NCBI GenBank assembly: GCA_002269645.1
Contig: NIVC01000597.1
Coordinates: 1 to 64,000 of the forward strand
Direction of reading: 5' to 3'
DNA: 64,000 nucleotides
Source: Macrostomum lignano
Lineage: Eukaryota
The notes beneath the pieces were generated by a model. It did not search any database. It worked only from the letters and a program-made list of their open reading frames with translations, and had not been told where the DNA came from. Position 1 is the first letter of the stretch. Each line of letters opens with the position of its first letter. Positions 63,501 to 64,000 of this stretch are shown piece after piece. A program made the position numbers and the translations under genes.

Positions 63501-64000
63501 GAGACTGAAGGGAGACACTGAAGGGAGACACTGAAGGGGGAGACTGAAGGGAGACACTGAAGGGAGACACTGAAGGGAGACACTGAAGGGGGAGACTGAA
63601 GGGAGACACTGAAGGGAGAGACTGAAGGGGGGAGACTGAAGGGAGACACTGAAGGGGAAGACTGAAGGGAGCCACTGAAGGGGGAGACTGAAGGGAGCCA
63701 CTGAAGGGGGAGACTGAAGGGGGAGACTGAAGGGGGGAGACTGAAGGGAGACACTGAAGGGGGAGACTGAAGGGAGACACTGAAGGGGGAGACTGAAGGG
63801 AGACACTGAAGGGAGAAACTGAAGGGAGACACTGAAGGGGGAGACTGAAGGGAGACACTGAAGGGGAGACACTGAAGGGGGAGACTGAAGGGAGACACTG
63901 AAGGGAGACACTGAAGGGAGACACTGAAAGTGGAGACTGAAGGGAGACACTGAAAGTGGAGACTGAAGAAAGACACTGAAAGTGGAGACTGAAGGGAGAC
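60535..64000. repeat. 13-bp satellite ACTGAAGGGAGAC/ACTGAAGGGGGAG (kinase intron 2), runs off the window
   Basis: More than 3.4 kb; source of the three >1100-aa minus-strand pseudo-ORFs. Confidence 0.98.

Noticed and set aside
60486-63976. Three >1100-aa minus-strand ORFs (SVSPFSLPLQCLP...)
   Set aside because: Translations of the 13-bp satellite in stop-free frames, within a kinase intron.

Overview
Animal genomic DNA with spliceosomal introns, GC-rich poly-Ala/Gly coding exons and about 18-19 kb of tandem repeats. The style suggests the flatworm Macrostomum (inference only). Left arm: five co-directional, closely spaced housekeeping genes on the + strand: THOC1 (broken by many 1-nt frameshifts), SEC23 (6 exons), an HSF, TRMT61A and ALG6. 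Four of the five have no intron in the CDS, and most have a splice acceptor just upstream of the ATG, which fits an SL trans-spliced operon. Next come a TSC22D/bunched-like gene, a small 5-exon minus-strand gene missed by the ORF track (FAM183/CFAP144-like) head-to-head with a compact NOLC1/Nopp140, a secreted ALK/LTK-glycine-rich-domain protein with an inverted partial duplicate, endophilin A (minus strand, possible 6-nt microexon) and the 5' part of a CAMK-group kinase. Most large introns and several spacers carry their own minisatellite. Mobile DNA comprises two tRNA-SINE families, mariner, hAT and fold-back MITEs, and a Merlin transposase relic. Most long ORFs in the supplied track are repeat artefacts. 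All homology calls are from recalled motifs; no searches were run.
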